The notes under the pieces: model-generated
The model's database searches: none
What the model saw: only the letters and a program-made list of their open reading frames with translations
What the model was told of the DNA's origin: nothing
Made by a program: the position numbers and the translations under genes
DNA from: Terriglobia bacterium
GTDB taxonomy: Bacteria > Acidobacteriota > Terriglobia > JAJPHL01 > JAPKYU01
Length of the DNA: 64,000 bases
Assembly (NCBI GenBank): GCA_965206645.1
Contig: CBDBKE010000003.1
Span: 64,001 to 128,000 of the forward strand
Reading direction: 5' to 3'
In this document: one piece after another, positions 21,301 through 31,293 of the stretch
How positions within the stretch are numbered: the first letter of the stretch is position 1
Layout: each line of letters starts with the position of its first letter

Positions 21301-24050
21301 GTCAGGGTCTGGCCCACCTGCGGCGCACCGGTAATCCTCGGCTGCCCCGTCGGCGGATTGTTCGGTGTATCGTCGTCGGTGATGGTGAGGGTGGCCGGGT
21401 TGATAGTGGTGATGCCCGAGACTGTGGTGGTCCCGCTCACCGTCACCGTCTCGGAACCTTCCATGGAGGTGTCGTCGTTGGGCGTAAACTGAAAGGTTGC
21501 CGTCCCGCTACCGGCGCTGGCGGGGATGGTGACGTTGAAGGGCTGCACCGGGGTGAAGTCGGCAGTCTGGGCGGTCGCTGCCGCCAAGGTAACGTTCACC
21601 ACCGTGGGCGATGACAGGGTGGCGCTCCCCTGCGGGAAAGCTGCCGTCACCATGATGTCTGTCTCCCCGGCGTTCTCGGCGACGCTGTCGGGACTCACAC
21701 TCAGCTCGATGGTGTCCGGCGGGGCGTCGTCGTCGATGATGGTGAGGGTGGCCGTGGCCATCACACCTTGGCTGACCCCCTCCAGCAGCGTGCCGAAGCC
21801 CAACTCTATCGTCTCATCGTCACTGTCGGTGTCCTCGTTGGCCACGATCATGAACGTCTTGGAGAGGTCTCCGGGAGCAAAACTCAAGGTTCCATCGGTG
21901 AGACCGGAAACCGTGTAATCGTCCGCCTCCGTTGTGCCTTGCGGCATCACCGTGATCGGAATCGTGAGGTTCTGGTTGGACGTCCGGTTCAGCGTCACCC
22001 TCAGCGTCACCGGATCGCCACCTTCCGTCGTGCTGTAGCTCGCCAAGTCGAACGCCACCGTCAGGACCGGCGGGGGTGGAGGTGGGGGCGGGGTAACCGC
22101 CTCCCTGACCGCGTCGGTCGGCAGGCTGGTCACGGTTTCCTCGGTGCCGATGCCGTCGGTGAAGCTCACCGTGACCGTGATCCGCTTACCGACCTCATTG
22201 TTGGTCAGCCTGTAGCTTGAATCCATTGCCCCGGCGATATTCGTTCCGTCGGCCTTCCACTGATAGGCGAAGTCGCCCAGGCCGTCGGCGTCTTGAATGT
22301 CGGTCGTCACCGCCGTCAGGGTCTGGCCCACCCGCGCCGTACCGGTAATCCTTGGCTGCCCCGTCGGCGGATTGTTCGGTGTGTCGTCGTCGATGATGGT
22401 GAGGGTGGCCGGGTTGATGGTGGTGATGCCCGAGGTGGTCCCGCTCACCGTCACCGTCTCGGAACCTTCCATGGAGGTATCGTCGTTGGGCGTGAACTGA
22501 AAGGTTGCCGTCCCGCTACGGGCGCTGGCGGGGATGGTGAGGTTGAAGGGCTGCACCGGGGTAAAATCGGCGGTCTGAGCGGTCGCTGCCGTCAAGGTAA
22601 CGTTCACCACCGTGGGCGTTGACAGGATGGCGCTCCCCTGCGGGAAAGCTGCCGTCACCATGATGCCTGTCGCCCCGGCGTTCTCGGCGACTCTGTCGGG
22701 ATTCACGCTCAGCTCGATGGTGTCCGGCGGGGCGTCGTTGTCGATGATGGTGAGGGTGGCCGGGTTGATAGTGGTGATGCCCGAGGTGGTCCCGCTCACC
22801 GTCACCGTCTCGGAACCTTCCATGGAGGTGTCGTCGTTGGGCGTGAACTGAAAGGTTGCCGTCCCGCTACGGGCGCTGGCGGGGATGGTGAGGTTGAAGG
22901 GCTGCACCGGGGTGAAGTCGGCGGTCTGGGCGGTGGCTGCCGCCAAGGTAACGTTCACCACCGTGGGCGTTGACAGGGTGGCGCTCCCCTGCGGGAAAGC
23001 TGCCGTCACCATGATGCCTGTCGCCCCGGCGTTCTCGGCGACGCTGTCGGGACTCACCCTCAGCTCGATGGTGTCCGGCGGAACGTCGTCGTCGGTGATG
23101 GTGAGGGTGGCCGGGTTGACAGTGGTGATGCCCGAGGCGGCGGTGGTCCCGCTCACGGTGACCGTCTTGTCGCTCTCGACGACGACGTCGTCGGTCGGCG
23201 TCAACGTGAACCTCTCCGTCGCACTCGTCAATCCCTCGGGAATCGTCACCGTCAGGTCATCGACCGTCTCGTAGTCCGTCCCCTCCGTCGCGCTGTCTCC
23301 CGCCTTGCCCACCGCCACCTTCACCGGCGTCGATCCCAACCGCGCCGCTCCGTTCAGCGCCGCCCTCACCGTCACCGTCGTTCCGCCCGCCCCTTCGCTC
23401 ACCGTCATCGGATTCACCGACAACGCCACCCCCGTCGACGCCGTCTCGTCGTCCGTGACTTGCACCTCCACAGGGGCCACACCGTGCAGGGACGGTGGGC
23501 AATTGCTCTTCTCGTCCCACACCTCGTGGGTGATGGTCACAAACTCATCCTTATCATCGTCGTCTTGGAATGCTGTAATATGAACGTTTCGCCATTGTGT
23601 TGGACCCGGGTTGTCAACCGGGTCTCTATCCTGATTGAATTCCCAGCCGACGGACGGCACCCAACGAATGCCTATTCCCTCGCTGTTGTCGTGGTTGCCG
23701 GCGTAGTACACCACTCCGTTGACATGGATCCGTACCCACCAGCCGTCGGCGGCCGGTTGCTCACTGAGCCTAATGTTGTAGGAGAGGGTTTCTCCCTCCC
23801 TGATCGTCAACGTGGACGTCGACACTTGCACTTCCCCTTGCCAGTTGAAGATCGGGGCGTTGTTCTGGGCGTGGACTTGGTGCATGGCGACGCCGGACAG
23901 GAGCGCCAACAGCATGATGGTGGAGGCGACGAGACGCGAGGATCCAAGGACCGGACTCTCTTCCAGTCCAGGAACGGACCTGAAGCAGACAAGTGAGCTA
24001 AACATTTTGGTCAGCCGAATCAATGGATTGGAAACGCTGGGCGCAGGCAT
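18399..24050 (-). CDS. Large repeat adhesin/autotransporter (Calx-beta/Ig-like repeats plus C-terminal barrel)
   Basis: Signal peptide. Repeats ending ATLTIxDDD. Barrel with ALWVQGD, AHPYLYW, LTPYSRL; terminal F. Confidence 0.88.
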   Translation of the reverse strand: MPAPSVSNPLIRLTKMFSSLVCFRSVPGLEESPVLGSSRLVASTIMLLALLSGVAMHQVHAQNNAPIFNWQGEVQVSTSTLTIREGETLSYNIRLSEQPAADGWWVRIHVNGVVYYAGNHDNSEGIGIRWVPSVGWEFNQDRDPVDNPGPTQWRNVHITAFQDDDDKDEFVTITHEVWDEKSNCPPSLHGVAPVEVQVTDDETASTGVALSVNPMTVSEGAGGTTVTVRAALNGAARLGSTPVKVAVGKAGDSATEGTDYETVDDLTVTIPEGLTSATERFTLTPTDDVVVESDKTVTVSGTTAASGITTVNPATLTITDDDVPPDTIELRVSPDSVAENAGATGIMVTAAFPQGSATLSTPTVVNVTLAAATAQTADFTPVQPFNLTIPASARSGTATFQFTPNDDTSMEGSETVTVSGTTSGITTINPATLTIIDNDAPPDTIELSVNPDRVAENAGATGIMVTAAFPQGSAILSTPTVVNVTLTAATAQTADFTPVQPFNLTIPASARSGTATFQFTPNDDTSMEGSETVTVSGTTSGITTINPATLTIIDDDTPNNPPTGQPRITGTARVGQTLTAVTTDIQDADGLGDFAYQWKADGTNIAGAMDSSYRLTNNEVGKRITVTVSFTDGIGTEETVTSLPTDAVREAVTPPPPPPPPVLTVAFDLASYSTTEGGDPVTLRVTLNRTSNQNLTIPITVMPQGTTEADDYTVSGLTDGTLSFAPGDLSKTFMIVANEDTDSDDETIELGFGTLLEGVSQGVMATATLTIIDDDAPPDTIELSVSPDSVAENAGETDIMVTAAFPQGSATLSSPTVVNVTLAAATAQTADFTPVQPFNVTIPASAGSGTATFQFTPNDDTSMEGSETVTVSGTTTVSGITTINPATLTITDDDTPNNPPTGQPRITGAPQVGQTLTAVTTDIQDADGLGDFVYQWKADGTNIAGAMDLSYRLTNNEVGKRITVTVSFTDGIGTEEAVTSQPTAAVRDAVTLPRQALTVAFDPASYSTTEGGDPVTVKVSLNRASDRDITIPITVMPQGATEADDYTVSGLTDGTLSFAPGDLSKTFMIAANEDTDSDDETIELGFGTLPEGVSQGETATATLTITDDDVPPALTVAFDLASYSTTEGGDPVTLKVMLNRTSDQDLTIPITLMPQGATEADDYTVSGLTDGTLNFAPGDLSKTFMIVANEDTDSDDETIELGFGTLPEGVSKGETATATLTIVDADLPELAVSFARAEHTIAEGGDPASINVNISPAADRRVEVPLVVTPQGGATSQDYGGVPASIVFEVGATVVTFQVTAPADQEDDPGESIVLGFGDLPEAVSEGDPSETTVKFTQQRSAEQFSASLKILLAVTARSVGDSAQTAIQSRFQHKRQLMRNRLSARGPNTGGSLSAGQTGSNGSGLSRAGALNHMPEADRFGFAPPRLAEGAGPSMGSIRPGSLHNSLAPDYGIAPTQAAYGHVTLQRTSTADTTLVARQFSGIRARQPIFSQASFNLQMGESTRGNDGSGSVALWVQGDLQNFNGNITRGGMDYRGVMGAAHVGLDFYNSEQMLVGLSFMRSFARINYNADGVHGMFRNGMNTAHPYLYWQPNERFSTWVIGGLGRGEVDVNEPRRAHDLASDFRMFSGGMRSVLAKRGNTEVGVVLDSFTARLGTKAWKDIENVSGQASRTRMMLEMVHDKPLEAERSLSIKAELGYRHDAGDADRGSGAEAGFRLGYLDAAGGLGIASHGRMLLVRESDYRDLGLGMQVSWDSGEKRRGLQLSMMSSRGNDGGGRTTLWNNSALVTRPMGSGYMSNASQTSTSSEVAYGMDIFGGRGLLTPYSRLQLADYGRDLRVGTEFSLLSRGLPAQPAKFQLEWIRRETPNRMIDLGMMLGISIPF

Positions 24051-24082
24051 CGTTGTGGAAGACCAGACGCATGCGTCTCCAC

Positions 24083-24887
24083 GGTACTGTCAAAGTTAGC
24101 GTTCGTCGAGCGAGCCGGTACTCGGGATCGTGATCTCAGTTCGAGTCAGGCGGCGATCGTGACTGCATCCCAAATGAGAAAAGAGCGTCCTCGTAGCTCC
24201 CGATGATGCACCGCTCGCACCAGGTGACGGCCAACGCGGAAGAGGTTGCGGACGAGCCCATGCACGGACAAGAATCGTTGTGCCTGCCCGGGAGATTTGA
24301 ACCGGCGCATTTGTCGCTCGCGTTGCCGTGTGGGCTGGTGGGAGACTTCGGCGCGATTGTTCTCGTATCGGTCCGTGCGATGGGCGACGGACGGCATGAC
24401 CGCTCGGTGCGCAGCCCTGTAGCTGCTCAGCTTGTCGGTGACCAACCGCCCAGGCGTACGCTCCTGGCCCTTCAACAGCTTGCGGGAAAAGAGTGTAGCC
24501 GCCCGACAGTCGCGATGCGACTGGACGAGGATATCGATGACGTCACCATCTTGACCGACGGCACGCCAGAGATAGCGCCGCTGTCCCTGGATGGTGACGA
24601 AGACCTCGTCCAGGTGCCAGATGTCGCCCAGCCGGCCCTGTCGACGCTTGAGCCGGCGAGCGTATACTGAACCGATCGTGAGGCACCACAGCCGGATCGC
24701 TTCGTAGGACACCGTAATGCCGCGTTGGGCCAGGAGATCTTCGACATCGCGAAAGCTCACACCGAAGCGGTGATACAGCCAGACGGCGTGGCTGATAATG
24801 TCGGGTGGGAATCGATATCCATGGTAGCTCAGCGTGTCGCGTTTCATCGGCCAAGTCTGCCACGCTCCCACTGAACTTGACAGTACC
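24083..24887 (-). mobile_element. IS6-family element; transposase 24146-24847
   Basis: TIR GGTACTGTCAA(A)GTT. YRFPPDII, WHLDE, LVTDK, NNRAEVSH. Confidence 0.95.
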
Positions 24888-24893
24888 ATAAAT

Positions 24894-25700
24894 ATGGCAC
24901 TATCCCCGATGAATAACCAGAATGGTTGTGGTGGGCGGCTCGCAGCTAACCGGAGCACATCTCGGCATAACCATCAGATCGTAACAGGCCTATTTTGGTG
25001 TGCTGTTCTTTGTCTTGTTGCGGTGAGCGCCGATGCGCAGTTGCTTTCTTTCGGGGTCAAGGGCGGCATTCCGCTAAACGACGCATTCCTATTCACCAGC
25101 TTAGGCACGATTCCCCCGAGGGTAGCCGTTACCCGCGAATCGCACTTCTGTAAAACAAGGAGATATGTCGTGGGCCCGACGGTGCAAGTCCATCTGCCGT
25201 TGCGCCTTGCCCTCGAGTTCAATGTTCTCTACAGGCGGCTGAACTACGACAGGAATTTCTATGCTCGCACGCCATCGTCAGGGGAGCATTTCGTCAACAC
25301 GCATAATGTAGCCAACAAGTGGGAATTTCCTCTTCTGATGAAATATCGTTTTTCGGGTGCCACCGTACGTCCCTTTGTGGCGGCAGGCGTGAGCGTGAAC
25401 CGGATCAACGGAACCAGGCAAGTTAGAGATACAGGTAGTCGAACCTTCACCGAGTGGTACTATACGCGCAATGTCAGCCAGTCAGGGTTCGCTTTGGAGG
25501 AGCTTGCGCGTTTCTCCACCGGAGGATTTGTGCTTGGAGGCGGCGTGGAGATGCCGTTGAGTTTTATCCGTATTACCGCGGAAATGCGCTATACCCGCTG
25601 GGCACACGAGAATTTCCGCGAGGGGACGAAGTGGTTTGGGACACCCTTCGGTTCCAACCTTAATCAGGCGGACTTTCTGCTGGGAATATCATTCCGATAG
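24894..25700 (+). CDS. Outer-membrane beta-barrel protein (PorT-like)
   Basis: Signal peptide, SFGVKGGIP, WEFPLLMKYRF, EMRYTRW, NQADFLLGISF. Confidence 0.75.
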   Translation: MALSPMNNQNGCGGRLAANRSTSRHNHQIVTGLFWCAVLCLVAVSADAQLLSFGVKGGIPLNDAFLFTSLGTIPPRVAVTRESHFCKTRRYVVGPTVQVHLPLRLALEFNVLYRRLNYDRNFYARTPSSGEHFVNTHNVANKWEFPLLMKYRFSGATVRPFVAAGVSVNRINGTRQVRDTGSRTFTEWYYTRNVSQSGFALEELARFSTGGFVLGGGVEMPLSFIRITAEMRYTRWAHENFREGTKWFGTPFGSNLNQADFLLGISFR

Positions 25701-26242
25701 TGCCTAGTCGGCAGACGTACCGGAAGCTTTGCGGCGAGATTCTGGAGAAACTTCAAGAGGGTACGGACCCCTACAAGATTCAAAATGAAGAAATCTATAC
25801 AGCACTGCCGTAGGCCGTCGCAAAGCCTTCGGCGGAGCGACGCGGTGATTGTTTGAACCCGCATCAATATTGACGTTGGAGATTAGCAGAAGGATGCCGC
25901 CGACCATTCATGAAGAGAATCCGGGTTAATTTTGTTTGTAACAGCTGCGAAGCGACCAATGTATTGCCGATGGAATCCTTTGAGAGAGAGACTGGGGTAT
26001 GCTCTTCCTGCGGCTCCACGGTTCGCAACCGGAGCGTTATCCATCTTCTAACGAAATACCTTTTAGATTGATTGTAGAATCAGCCGCAATTGCCAGTCGA
26101 ATGTTCTGGCAGATCACGGCGCGGCGGCATCCAGTTCCCCCGGAGGCAAGGAGGAGAATACGGGAGCGGCTTCGAAGTTGAGCGACAGACTGACGATGGG
26201 CGCCGTGGAGGTGATTTTGAGCGATCCGGCAAAACTGCTGAG

Positions 26243-26373
26243 GGTACTGTCAAGTTGAGCAGAATCTGCCCGTTTTGCGGAAGGATTCTGCTGGATCAGA
26301 GACTGAGAATCAATGACTTAGCGGTGGCGGCGGGCGGCGAGAATGCCGCCAAACTGCTTAACTTGACAGTACC
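26243..26373 (+). mobile_element. MITE copy 3; truncates the adjacent glycosyltransferase
   Basis: Same TIRs and core as copies 1 and 2. Confidence 0.9.
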
Positions 26374-26848
26374 TTTCCATGTCCGTCAGGTTCAGGTTGG
26401 TGGCGAGGTTGGAAAGCAGCGTCAGGAACCGGTTTCCCTGCGTGTGCCAGAACCGAGTCACACGGCGGGTAGAGCCGGCGAAGCGCGAGCCGTAAACCAC
26501 GTCGGCCTTCCCTTCCAGGATCGGCGCAATCAGGCGCGGGTATTCAGCCGGATCGTATTCCAGGTCCGCATCCTGGATCAAAATGATCTGGCCCGAAGCG
26601 CGCTCAATGCCGGCCCGCACAGCCGCCCCTTTACCCCCGTTGCGGGGCTGGTGAATCACCCGGAGACGAGGGTCAGTGGCGGCCAACTCGTCCAGCAGCT
26701 CTCGACTGCCGTCGGTAGAGCAATCGTCCACCGCGAGGATCTCTTTTTCGATCGGCACCTGGTGCACGCGGCGCAGAACTTCGTGAAGCGTCCGCCGCTC
26801 GTTATAGACTGGCAGGATCACCGATAGCAGCGGACCACCTTCGGCCAT
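26374..26848 (-). pseudogene. GT2 (DPM1-like) glycosyltransferase, 3'-truncated
   Basis: [39 protein letters not shown], then runs into the MITE. Confidence 0.85.
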
Positions 26849-26989
26849 GCGACTAACTCTAGACTCCGGCCCAGCCCGCGTCAAGGCCGCCAGCTTTTGT
26901 TTCTTTGGTGTTTCTTGGCGTTTCTTGACGCCGCCCAGATCTAAGCACAGCACCCTTGCGCGGCGCGCAACTTTGGGGTAGCATTCCTC

Positions 26990-27180
26990 CGAACATTGGG
27001 TTCCCGGTGTCCGCCGGATGGTCCGGCGGCATGGGAAGCTGGTGCAAATCCAGCACGGCCCCGCCACTGTGATTGCCGAGGACGTGCCCCGAACGCCACT
27101 GTCCGCAAGGATGGGAAGGCGGGCACGGCCGTTCCCGAGAAAATCGGGAGTCAGGCATAAGTCAGGAGACCGGCCGGGAA
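26990..27180 (+). ncRNA. Cobalamin riboswitch
   Basis: GGGAAGCTGGTGCAAATCCAGCACGGCCCCGCCACTGTGA...GCCACTG...GGGAAGGC...AGTCAGGAGACCGGCC (B12 box); upstream of a btuB-like gene. Confidence 0.93.
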
Positions 27181-27216
27181 TCTCACTCGTTCCCCTGTCG
27201 AGGGATAGGAGGAGAG

Positions 27217-29415
27217 ATGACTCGCCGGTTTTCAATTTCCCTGCCCTTAGTTTCGACAGTTTCGACCCTACTGTTGCTTCTGCCTTCGGCTCTCTTTGCC
27301 CAGATCACTGGGACAGTCCTGGACCCGCAAGGCGCGGCGATCCCGCGCGCGGTCGTGTATCTGTCGGGAGCCGCCTCTTCGCGCACCGTCGGCGCCGACG
27401 CCGACGGGCGCTTTCGTTTTGAGTCGCCAGCCGACGGCACCTACACGCTGCTGGCCTCGGCCCCGGGACTCAGCGGCGCGCCGCAAAAAATTCGCGTGAA
27501 GGGCGGTGCGGTGCACGCCGATCTCCGCCTGCAACTAGCCGCACGCAGCGAGGTCCTGGTCGTGACCGCTGAGCGCGCCGAGTTGCCGACCTCGGCAGTA
27601 GCCTCCTCGACCACCGTCCTGACCCGGGACCAACTGGAGGAGATGCACGCTGGAAACGTGGCCCAGGCGCTGCGCCACGTTCCCGGTCTGGCTGTAGTGC
27701 AGACAGGCCGGCGAGGCAGCGTCACCAGCGTTTTCGCGCGTGGTGGCGACTCCAATTTCAACTTGGTGATGGTGGATGGCGTTCGGGTCAACGATTTTGG
27801 TGGCGCATTCAACTTTGCCCACCTGCCTGTGGAGATCATCGACCGCATCGAGGTCGTGCGCGGCCCGCAGAGCGCGCTCTACGGGCTGAACGCTATCGGC
27901 TCGGTCGTCCACATCATTACCCGCCGGGCCACAAGCCCGTTCCAGTTTCACGGCGAGGCCGAGGGCGGCAGCTTCGCGACCGCCCGCGGCTCGTTCGGCG
28001 CCGGAGGCCGAGCGGGCCGCTTCGGCTGGAATTTTGACTTGGTGCGCCACTCCAGCGACGGTGTGGTCCCCAACGATGACTACCTTAACCGGGCTGGCTC
28101 GCTGAATCTGGAATACGAGCCGACCGCTGCCAGCCGCATCCGCTACACGCTGGTGGCCGGCGCCAACGAGTCCGGCGTCCCCGGTCCGTTTCGTGTCGCC
28201 CCGGTGAACCGGGTCAGCCGCCTCCGGGAGAACTCCCTCGTCAACGGCCTGGAGTTCGAGTTCACGCGCGGGCGCTTCCACCAGAAGCTGACCGGCAGCT
28301 TCTACACCGATCGCCGGGACTTCACCTCGTCGTTCGGCACTTCTCTCTCCCGCCAGTTTCACGGCGGCTTCGGAACCGAGACGCGCGTGGCGCTGGCGGA
28401 AGACGATACGCTCAGCTTTGGCTTCGATTACCAGCGCGAGCGATTCCGCAACACCTTCATCACGGATGAACGAGGCAGCGACTTTCCCCTGTTCCGCAAC
28501 AACTTCGGATGGTTCGTGGAAAACCTCTACGAGCACGACGGGCGCCTGTTCCTCAGCACGGGGTTCCGCCTGGAAAATATCCGCACCTCGGCGCTGCCCG
28601 CCGACGCCTTTGGCATCCGTCCGGCGATTGACGCCCACAGCAGGCTAGCGCTGAGCCCGAAGGTCTCAGTGGCGTATCTGCTCGGACCGGGCCCCGCCAC
28701 CAAGCTCCACGGCAGCGCGGGGACCGGGCTGCGTGCTCCGGGTGGTTTCGAACTGACTTTCACCAACAATCCGGAGTTGGCCCCGGAACGTACCACCAGC
28801 TTCGACCTGGGAATCCAGCAGGAACTGGCTCAGCGCCGGGTGGTGCTGGACCTGACCTACTTCTACAACCGCTATCACGACCTGATTGTCACCCTGCGGG
28901 GCGACCTTAGCGAGCTGAGCAGCTGGCAGTCAGACAACCTGGCCAACTCACGCGCGCAGGGGCTGGAGCTTTCCGGCGCCTTTCGTCCCACCGGGTGGAT
29001 CAACTTCAGCGGCCATTACACCTGGCTAAAGAGCGAGGTGCTTTCGCTGGATGGGGCTCCCGGGCGCGGGCCAACGCCGTTCCGCGTGGGACAGCGCCTG
29101 CTGCGCCGACCCGCACATTCGGGCGCCTATCTGGCCACCTGGCGCATTAAGCGCCTGCGCCTCAAGCTGAACACCGGCGCCTTTTGGCGCTCCGAAACCC
29201 TCGACGCCGACCCCATCCTGGGCCCGAGCGGTGGCCTGCTGATCAACCCCGGCTACGTTCGCCCGGACCTTGGCGCGGAGATCGCCTTGAGCCCGGAGGT
29301 TGCCCTGTGCGGGCGCCTATACAACTTCAGCGACAGCCGCTACGAGGAGGCGCTGGGCTTCCCCGCCCTGCGGCGCAATTTCGTCGCTGGCCTAAAATTC
29401 CGCTGGCGGAAGTAA
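27217..29415 (+). CDS. btuB: TonB-dependent cobalamin receptor
   Basis: AGGAGG RBS. Plug VFARGG...[13 protein letters not shown]. Under a B12 riboswitch. Confidence 0.85.
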   Translation: MTRRFSISLPLVSTVSTLLLLLPSALFAQITGTVLDPQGAAIPRAVVYLSGAASSRTVGADADGRFRFESPADGTYTLLASAPGLSGAPQKIRVKGGAVHADLRLQLAARSEVLVVTAERAELPTSAVASSTTVLTRDQLEEMHAGNVAQALRHVPGLAVVQTGRRGSVTSVFARGGDSNFNLVMVDGVRVNDFGGAFNFAHLPVEIIDRIEVVRGPQSALYGLNAIGSVVHIITRRATSPFQFHGEAEGGSFATARGSFGAGGRAGRFGWNFDLVRHSSDGVVPNDDYLNRAGSLNLEYEPTAASRIRYTLVAGANESGVPGPFRVAPVNRVSRLRENSLVNGLEFEFTRGRFHQKLTGSFYTDRRDFTSSFGTSLSRQFHGGFGTETRVALAEDDTLSFGFDYQRERFRNTFITDERGSDFPLFRNNFGWFVENLYEHDGRLFLSTGFRLENIRTSALPADAFGIRPAIDAHSRLALSPKVSVAYLLGPGPATKLHGSAGTGLRAPGGFELTFTNNPELAPERTTSFDLGIQQELAQRRVVLDLTYFYNRYHDLIVTLRGDLSELSSWQSDNLANSRAQGLELSGAFRPTGWINFSGHYTWLKSEVLSLDGAPGRGPTPFRVGQRLLRRPAHSGAYLATWRIKRLRLKLNTGAFWRSETLDADPILGPSGGLLINPGYVRPDLGAEIALSPEVALCGRLYNFSDSRYEEALGFPALRRNFVAGLKFRWRK

Positions 29416-29464
29416 CCGGGTCCCGCTGGCCCTATGACACACCTCCAATGGAAGGAGACGAGAG

Positions 29465-30053
29465 ATGTTGCCCACCTACTCAAGCAAATCGAGCCAATCC
29501 CTGAGACCACTGACGCTCTCGCTGTGCCTCCTGAGTGCCGTAGCGCGGTTGATGCCGCATCCGCCCAACGTCACTCCGGTGGGCGGTCTGAGCCTCTTTG
29601 GCGGGGCACGGTTGCCAGGCTGGCAGGCTTACCTGATGCCGCTGCTCGTCATGTCCGTGACCAATCCGATCCTGGCCGTGCTGCACGGATACCCCGTGTA
29701 TCCGAAGACCACCTTGTTCGTGTACGCCAGGCTTCCTGGTCAACGTGTGGATTGGGCGCCGACTGCGCCGTTCGGAAAACGCGCTGTGGATCGGGGGAGC
29801 GGTCTTTCTATGCAGCCTGCAGTTCTTCCTGCTGACCAACTTTGGCTGGTGGCTAACGAGCGCGGCCTACCCGAAGACATGGGCCGGACTGCTGTGGTGC
29901 TATTGGGTCGCCCTTCCGTTCTTCGGCCATACCCTGGGAGGTGATCTGCTCTACTCGGCAATCCTGTTCGGGCTCCACTCCTGGTTGAGCCGGACCATGT
30001 TTCCACGCGAGAAGGTAGCCAAGGTATCCAGGGAAGCGACTGGCGCTGCCTGA
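29465..30053 (+). pseudogene. DUF6580-like putative cobalamin membrane transporter, +1 frameshift near 29730
   Basis: RLMPHPPNVTPVG..LFGGA in one frame and FFLLTNF...YPKTWAGL..CY..ALPFF in another. Removing one G restores VYASFLVNVWIG. Confidence 0.7.
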
Positions 30054-30072
30054 GACAGGCAAGGAGGCCTGC

Positions 30073-30729
30073 GTGAAGAAGGCTCTTGTTTCCTGGAGCA
30101 GCGGCAAAGACAGCGCCTGGGTGCTGCACGCGCTCCGGGACCGCGACGTTGAAGTCGTGGGCCTGCTGACGACGCTGAACCAGGCGTTTGACCGGGTGGC
30201 CATGCATGCCGTCCGGCGGACTCTGCTGGAAGCCCAGGCGAAATCGCTAGAGATACCGCTGTGGACTGTGCCTCTGCCCTGGCCCTGCTCAAACCAGCAG
30301 TACGAAGAAATCATGGCTGAGGTGTGCCAGCGCGCTGTGGGAAAGGGAATTGAGGCCGTAGCCTTCGGCGATTTGTACCTCGTGGACGTCAGGCAGTACC
30401 GGGAGCGCCAGCTGCAGGGAACCGGTCTGTCGCCGCTGTTCCCACTTTGGGGAATCCCCACCGACGCCCTGGCCCGCGAAATGATCGCTAGCAGCCTCAA
30501 AGCCAAGATCACCTGCGTGGACCCAAAGGTTCTGCCCGGCCGCTTCGCGGGCCGCGACTTCGACGAAGCTTTCCTCGCGGAGCTGCCGGATGGCACCGAT
30601 CCCTGCGGAGAAAAAGGTGAGTTTCATTCCTTCGTCTATGACGGACCTATGTTTCAAGAACCGATCCCTGTGACGGTGGGAGAGATCTGCGAGCGGGACG
30701 GCTTCGTCTTTGCCGATCTGCTAGGCTGA
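30073..30729 (+). CDS. Adenine nucleotide alpha-hydrolase / diphthine-ammonia-ligase-like ATP-binding protein
   Basis: SWSSGKDS PP-loop, FGD, DPCGExGEFHSFV. Confidence 0.88.
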   Translation: MKKALVSWSSGKDSAWVLHALRDRDVEVVGLLTTLNQAFDRVAMHAVRRTLLEAQAKSLEIPLWTVPLPWPCSNQQYEEIMAEVCQRAVGKGIEAVAFGDLYLVDVRQYRERQLQGTGLSPLFPLWGIPTDALAREMIASSLKAKITCVDPKVLPGRFAGRDFDEAFLAELPDGTDPCGEKGEFHSFVYDGPMFQEPIPVTVGEICERDGFVFADLLG

Positions 30730-30786
30730 TCTGCTGGCTAGTCGCTGAGCGCCGACGGTGCCAAACATCTGCTCGGTGGTATAGGA

Positions 30787-31134
30787 ATGACAGCTTCCGA
30801 ACAGAACCCTGAGGAGAAGCGCCGAGCCGCAGAGCGGGCCGTCCTGCGGGCCATGTGCCAGGGTACTGAGGAAGGGCCGGTGTGGGATGAGGGCATGCGC
30901 CTGCTTCGCTCCTACCGCTTCTGCGACATCCACCATCAGGTGGTCTTCGAGGCGCTTCAGAAAATCTCCTCCGCAGAGCCGCCACTCATTCGCGAGCAAT
31001 TGCAGCAACGGGTGGTGCTGGCAGGTTTTCCCGACCTCGACGCGCAGGAATTTTTTGTACCGCACCAGCTAGACCGTCAGCAAGCCCTGGATCTGATCCA
31101 GTGGCTGGCCCAAGCGGGCCAGCAAGACCGGTAG
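30787..31134 (+). CDS. Hypothetical protein
   Basis: 115-aa ORF with coding-like composition. Confidence 0.55.
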   Translation: MTASEQNPEEKRRAAERAVLRAMCQGTEEGPVWDEGMRLLRSYRFCDIHHQVVFEALQKISSAEPPLIREQLQQRVVLAGFPDLDAQEFFVPHQLDRQQALDLIQWLAQAGQQDR

Positions 31135-31293
31135 CAGGAGTGAGGCTCTTGTGGCGCTGGGTCAGGCCTTGACTGGCTTCAAAGCTGAGAGGCAGCTTGC
31201 CGAGGTGACCTGCCTGCTTATTGCCCGCCGAGGCGGTGGCCTTCTGTAGGAGCCGGATAGCGGCTGACCATTTGGATATAGGGACTAGGTCAG

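Noticed and set aside
18477-23996. Many plus-strand ORFs opposite the autotransporter
   Set aside because: Shadow ORFs of a GC-rich repetitive gene.
26849-27235. Long N-terminal extensions of the GT2 and btuB ORFs
   Set aside because: They overlap the riboswitch. Better starts are 26848 and 27217.
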